Assembly (NCBI GenBank): GCA_001643675.2
Contig: LSRY02000001.1
Location: forward strand, 1,612,001 to 1,676,000
Direction of reading: 5' to 3'
From: Monocercomonoides exilis PA203
Lineage: Eukaryota > Protista > Preaxostyla
Length of the DNA: 64,000 bases
Shown here: in pieces, positions 58,335 through 64,000 of the stretch
Numbering within the stretch: position 1 is the first letter of the stretch
How the letters are laid out: every line of letters begins with the position of its first letter
Made by a program: the position numbers and the translations under genes
Notes under the pieces: generated by a model
The model's input: the letters and a program-made list of their open reading frames with translations, nothing else
The model's database searches: none
What the model was told of the DNA's origin: nothing

Positions 58335-59566
58335 GAATTAAATAAAATAATAACAGAAATATAAAATAGTGTTTTTTCATAATAGAAAAAAAAAATTTTT
58401 TTTTTTAAGGAAATAAGCAGATGCTTCATGAAATAATTCGTTCTGGTTAAAAACTTTTCTCCCAATGGTTCATACAAAATGCACAAAAATTTAACAGAAC
58501 CGCACAATTTCTCATATTGTCCAGTCATTCAAACCTTTCTCCCTGATGCAAGCATTTTTGTTTCTTCTCCAAGCTGTGGGGCAAACGGGAGAGCCTCTTT
58601 CATTTTCTCTTCTTCTTCTTTTTTCAGTCGCTCTTTCTCTTCCAAATGCTCCTTGTCCCATTGGACAAGCATTTCATATGATCTTCTCAAAGATGCTGAT
58701 TTTGGACTGATTTCCGGTCGAGATCGATATTTTTGACTCTCCTTTGCTTCTTTATCCTCCTCTAAAGCCGTTAATTCCTTTTTGCGCTGAATCAGAAAGC
58801 GCTTATTGCGCTCTTCAAATGTTTCATTTGGATCAATAAAATTGAGTGACTTTGGATTAAGTTCTGGTCTATCTTTCAGTTCATTGGTTTCTTTCTCTTG
58901 TAATTCCTGCATCATTTTCTCCTTTAATTCTTGAGCCTCTTTTCCAGCTTTTAAAAGACGATCATACACAGGTTCATTTGATTTACGATTGTGAGACTCT
59001 TGATTAATTTGAGGAGAAAACAAGCATTCTGCAGGTGCATATGGTGAAGAAAAAGATTCGCTGTATGGAGATTTTGTAACGCGAAAAGGTTTATAGTATG
59101 AAGGAAATGTGGTCTTCGTTATTTTTGATTCTAAAGAATCGTTTAAAGAATAGCTTGTTTGATCCATTGAAGAATCTTGTTGAAGCTGTATTTCGTTATC
59201 CGTATTTTCCTTCGGGCTTTCTTCGTTGTTGAGATTGCTTTGTATCTCTTCCTGACTGTGTGACGAATTCTTTTCCTGCTGTGATTCTTCACGCTCTTGA
59301 GCAATTGTTGGAATTGGATTTTCTGCATTTCGAGAAGGTTGTATCGGATATTTTCCTTGTGAAGAGTAAAAGAAATTGTCTGTTGGCTTTGTCCTGTCTT
59401 CCTCTTTCGATTCACTGATAGTTGATGATTCGCTCTTTAATTGTGCTTGTTCGTCTAAATTTTGTTTCTCATTCTCTTGCATATTTATTACTGGTTCTGA
59501 CTGTGAAGTATTTTGGCTGGAACAAGGCTCATTTTCGATTACAGCCTCAGTTTCTTTTTCTGTCAT
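53806..59566 (-). CDS. Multi-exon hypothetical protein with dispersed FxP motifs and an extremely Ser/Glu-rich C-terminal half
   Basis: Exons ~59566-58535, ~58239-57750 and ~57318-53806 are frame-compatible. Recurring ECLFSPQIN, LKDRPELN, LPFAPQL and GCTFKPHT, plus VYDRL/EDRL/NERL motifs. A further small 3' exon near 53410-53448 is possible. Confidence 0.65.
57334..57575. repeat. Compound intronic microsatellite (GA)n-(GATA/AATA)n-(GA)n-(GAAA)n
   Basis: Directly visible. Confidence 0.92.
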
Positions 59567-59767
59567 TTTGATCAACAACATATAATATTTCAATGAAGTT
59601 TTTAAAAAATAGTTCAAATTTTTAAAATGAATAAATTCCATCAAAACTCGAAAAATTAAATTCAAATACTGCATCAAATGGATTTAATGAAAATTAGGTT
59701 GGCAGACAATGTTTTCAGCATGTTTAAGTTAAAAAAATAAATAAATAAAAATTGAATTTTTTGAATT

Positions 59768-61212
59768 TTAATATCTTTGTTGGAAGCCCATTTGACTAGC
59801 AAATCCATCTGAACCCCATTGCGTTGCTCCCCATCCTCCTCTTCCTCCGCCCCTTGCGCGCCCTGCTCCGCGGAATCCTCTCCAAGATCCACGCTGCTGC
59901 GAATGGAATTCTCTTCCTCCGTCTCTTCCGTCATATCCACCTTCGCCTCCTGATCTGCTTGGCCCTTGCTCGTTTCTCCATCCCCCTCTCCTGTTGTCTG
60001 TCCACCGTCCTCTGCCTCCTCTTCCACCTCTTCCCCCGCGCGCATTCGTTGTGTTATCTACCTGCTGGTCTCTCTTCGCCAGCTTCCAGTCCATTCGCCC
60101 CACATCCGCAGTACGCCCGCCCCTGTCAGGCACTTTCCCAATCAAAAACTTCCTCAGCGAGCTCGAAACTGACTCATTCATCAGCGTCGGGCAGAGCGAG
60201 CGGAGAGAGGCGCGGGTGATGTCCTCCACGAACACAACAGGCGGCGGTGGGAGCGATGCGCTCATCGATGCAACAACCTGAGGGAACGAGGGGTCGCCTT
60301 TCACACGGTCTGCCCATTGCATCGATTGGTACGTAGCTCTTGCTCGGGTCACAAGCATTTCGTGCCGCAGCGTGTAGTCTGCCGCTAATCTTTCGTTCAG
60401 CTTTGTTAAATATTGCTGAAATTTTTTTAAAAAAATAAAATTAAGAATTTTTAGGAAATGACAAAGAATTGTAAGCAATTATTTAGATTATCTCATACAA
60501 TTATTGAAGGACTCAACGTTGGAATTATTGGTTCTGCTGGCACTTTTTCTTGTTCAAATACATTCTCAAATAATCCATATTGCATTTTTTTAATAATTTT
60601 GTACGTCAAAGCATCAATTGAATTGCATAACGAATCAAGAAGATAATCCTCATTATCTTCTTTAGATTCTTTTGAATCATTTTCTTCTTCTATTAACTCT
60701 GGAATATTTGTTGATATGGTTTCTGCAATATCTTTTGCAATTTCATGCGCTTCTTTATGCTTCGAGAAATGAGGCGCTATATTCTCCAGTCTTGCCATTT
60801 GAACCTCTCCAACTAAAAATTCTGAAAGCAAAAAAGAGAAAATGAAACGTGCGAAAACAATAAATGAAAAATAATTACCTATAAACAGAAGATTATTTTC
60901 TAATGAAACAAGCTGAATTTTTCCATCATGAATAAAATCATCAACTTCAAAGTAAAATCCACTTTCTTTCAAATATTCAACTAAAAATTTCAGAAAATCC
61001 TGTGGATTTTTCATGTCAACTTCCTCTCCAGCATTTTCAAGCAAGACTTGTATCAAATATCGAAAGCTGGCGTTTTGAATACCCGTAAGAATAACCTTTT
61101 TAAAATCTTCTTTAAATGATTCTTCATTTGTGATGAATGAAAAGTTCAACTCAATAATTGACGATGCAATGCGTTCAACTCTTGTTTCATATTCCTCAGG
61201 CAATTGAGACAT
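59768..61212 (-). CDS. FAM98: FAM98-family protein with RGG-rich tail (tRNA-ligase complex subunit family), 3 exons
   Basis: DYTLRHEMLVTRARATYQSMQWADRVK and KFLIGKVPDRGGR match the FAM98 signature, followed by RGG repeats. Introns at 60822-60878 and 60416-60498. Confidence 0.85.
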
Positions 61213-61923
61213 GGTAAAATTGAATACAATACTTTTGTGATCAAACCATTAGAAATGTTGGACAGAACAAATTTTTATTCTGGTGTTATTATTTTTGATA
61301 ATCTGTAAATCAATCAGAACTTCTAAAAAATGAAAGATTTGAATGTTTGATTCATTTTGTGATGTTATTTTCATTTCTTCCTCTTCATTTGCAATTGAAA
61401 AGAAAAAATCACCAAAAAATATTTATATATATATTCCAAAAATTGTTTGAACATCCACAATTGCGAAATCATAATTTCATAGGTCAGAATTGCACAAGGT
61501 GTGTTCTTACAAAATATTTGAGAAATTAAAAACTATTTCAATTGTATTTATTCATTTCATTTATAATTTTAGTTTTTTGAAGAAATGAAAGAGAATAATT
61601 ATTCCAACAAAAAATAAAATATAAAAAAATATGTTTCAAAATGAATTTAATATTTAAAACACTGATTAAGAAACATAACTTTTATGAAAAATTAAATTTA
61701 AATCTCAGCTTTTTGTGTTAAAATTCGTTCGAATTATAACAAAAAAGAAAGGTCAAAAAGAAAAAAAAATTATAAATTTCATCAAAACATTTAAGTTAAA
61801 AACATATAAATGTACATATTACAAAACATAACATTTTCACAACATTTATAATAATTGAAAATTTTAAGATTTCTCAAATAAAATGTAAATAACAGAAATC
61901 ATGAAAATATCAGGCGCAGGATA

Positions 61924-64000
61924 TTAATGAAAATACTTTACATATAGCTCTGAATTGAAGAAGAGTGAATTCATATAATCTGTCATGCAGCCTCTTATGA
62001 AATCACACCCTTTGAAAGCAACAATTGCATCACTCAAACCCACTTCTTCGCCATTCTTTACAAGCGGAAAATGATAACTCCAATTTTTCATTCCTCTAAT
62101 TAGTTCGACATACACGTTATAAGCTAAAATATTAGATGCAGAATCCATGATAACATTAATAATCAACTCAACAAATTGTGGAGGCACAAAATAAACATCA
62201 TTTTTTATGCAGCTCTCGTAATACGGAGGAATGTTGGAGAATAGAAGGCGAGATGCACATGAATACCAAGAGTAGTTTCTAATAACAGTTGGAAGCAACG
62301 TTCCGTCATATAGAAGTGAAACAGTTGCATCAGATGTGGCATTGAATCCTCTGTTCATCAGGAATTGGAAACACAACATTGAATACATATTACACAATTC
62401 ATTACTTAGTTTCATTCTCAAAGGATATATCCCCGCAAGAAGCTGAGACATGAATGCGCATAGCTCTTTGCTGTTCTTGACAAAATTCAACAGGCCATGA
62501 AGCAGAAAGAAATAAGACCTCGTGACGGCGTGCGGCTGGGCTTCTTGATCGAAACTTTGGAGAAATGAAAGCAAAGCCTCAGCTGCAGAGTCAAATGATT
62601 GAATTTGATGATTCCAACGATTTATTCTCCAAAATTCATAGTTCGCAGTTTTGTCGGGAATTATTACTGAATGAAAATTAAGATTATAAATTATCAATTG
62701 AAAAAAAAAGGAGCAATAAAGTATGACATTGATTAAAATTAAAAATTCAAAATTCACAACGAAGAATTCATGAAAATGAAAAAAGAAATCAATAAGTCGA
62801 TGAACATTGCAAAAAATATCTTATTTTATCGCATGCAAGTTTTGCAATTGCAAATATTATATCATATGCATGCCATTTCTCATAATCATAAATTATTATC
62901 ATTTCTCTTATAAAAATACACATATTTCAAATCCATACATTTGTCCATCGTACAAGCAAATGCAGCAATATTTAACACAAATTGTTCCAAATCTCCTTTT
63001 TCTTTGGCACCAACGCATTCGCTTATCCACGAACATGTCAATGAATCAAGATTTTCACACAAAGTGTCACAATCAGTGCACAACATTGTTGCACACAAAT
63101 TATCATGGTTTTTAAAATCGTTTTCCAAGAAGCCAATCTCAGACAGTATTTCTGCGTTAGAATTTTTAATAATTCTATAGCGATAATACAATCCATCATA
63201 TAACAATAGCCTGATGATGTGGCAAACTGAATCAACGAGTTCTTTTTTTCTTGCACTTGTCAGCATTGCCATTTTGGAGACGGCAGAAAACGAGAAAAGC
63301 TTCAATTTGCCCAAAAAGGAAGGCGCCTCCAAATAATCAATCAAGTCCCTATCATCAGCTGCAACATTGATCATCGCAGAAATCGCATTGATATTCTCGT
63401 AGCATGTTGAGATATTCTCTGTAATCCCTCTCTTCAGCCACGCCATTATCTTCCCCAAATAAGGTTCAACTACAACAATCTCTCTGAGTCCAGGGATCGA
63501 ATTCAGGAATTGCTTGAGGATGGCACTGAACCCATCTGCATGCGCCTTCTGAAGCCAATCCAAAATGTCAATCACAACACTGTCGCACTTTGGTTTCTCA
63601 CTTGACACTGTCTTTGCAACAGCTATCACGAGCTCAATTACTTTTCTCTGTTCCACTACATTTCCTGCACCAATCTCTTCGCTCATGTTCTTTGCGATAT
63701 CGATCAAAACTCCACAAGTCTTCGCAGTTATTCCCTTCACAGAGCGCATAAGAAATAGCTTTCTCACTTTTTTATTCGTATTGTTACTCTTCTCCTTCTT
63801 CAGCAACGCAATTGTCCCTTTCATGATCTCGTCAAATAGCCTGCCCTCCAAACTGTTTATCTCCTTCTCCTTTTTCACGCCAACCCATTCAATGAACATG
63901 TGCAATCCTCCCTTCTGCACCACTTCTTTCCCCACTTCAGAACGATTGCTGCTTTTCAGCATTGCATTAATCACACCGAATGAGCAAAGCAACACATCAT
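61924..64000 (-). CDS. Hypothetical helical (possibly ARM/HEAT-like) protein, 5' end outside window
   Basis: Two long same-strand ORFs (62886-63995 and 61924-62757) separated by an AT-rich intron-like stretch (~62668-62920). No diagnostic motif recognised. Confidence 0.6.

Noticed and set aside
1-64000. Non-standard genetic code (TAA/TAG = Gln, as in some oxymonads)
   Set aside because: Conserved genes end at TAA (e.g. RPS10, PI4K), Gln uses CAA/CAG, and long ORFs contain no in-frame TAR.

Overview
Eukaryotic, AT-rich, gene-dense protist DNA with short GT-AG introns (mostly ~50-90 nt), standard genetic code (TAA/TGA stops) and extensive coding poly-Ser/poly-Glu tracts. The overall style, and a 3003-aa GG(A/G)I-repeat/TM/kinase-like receptor gene, suggest the oxymonad Monocercomonoides (inference, not verified). 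Recognisable genes: RPS8, a DH-domain RhoGEF, a NUDX14-like Nudix hydrolase, RPS10, PI4KIII-beta, CK2-beta, SPT5, a CCDC174-like gene and FAM98. There are also two giant intronless ORFs and several hypothetical genes. The 14.5-23.5 kb interval is a DNA-transposon cluster. It holds two apparently identical 450-bp TA-flanked MITEs, one inserted into a DD35D pogo-like transposase pseudogene. It also holds a 474-bp palindromic foldback element homologous to the left flank of another DD35D transposase at 319-1852. The most striking element is 2446 bp long, has 188-bp TIRs and an 8-bp TSD, encodes no transposase, and carries a captured fragment of the large surface-receptor family (Pack-type transposon). 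Other leads: an aegerolysin/actinoporin-like gene hidden by introns just upstream of a ~3100-aa conserved unknown protein, a GATCAA motif near almost every start codon, and a predicted N-terminal membrane anchor on the RhoGEF. All gene models were read by eye, without RNA-seq or database searches.
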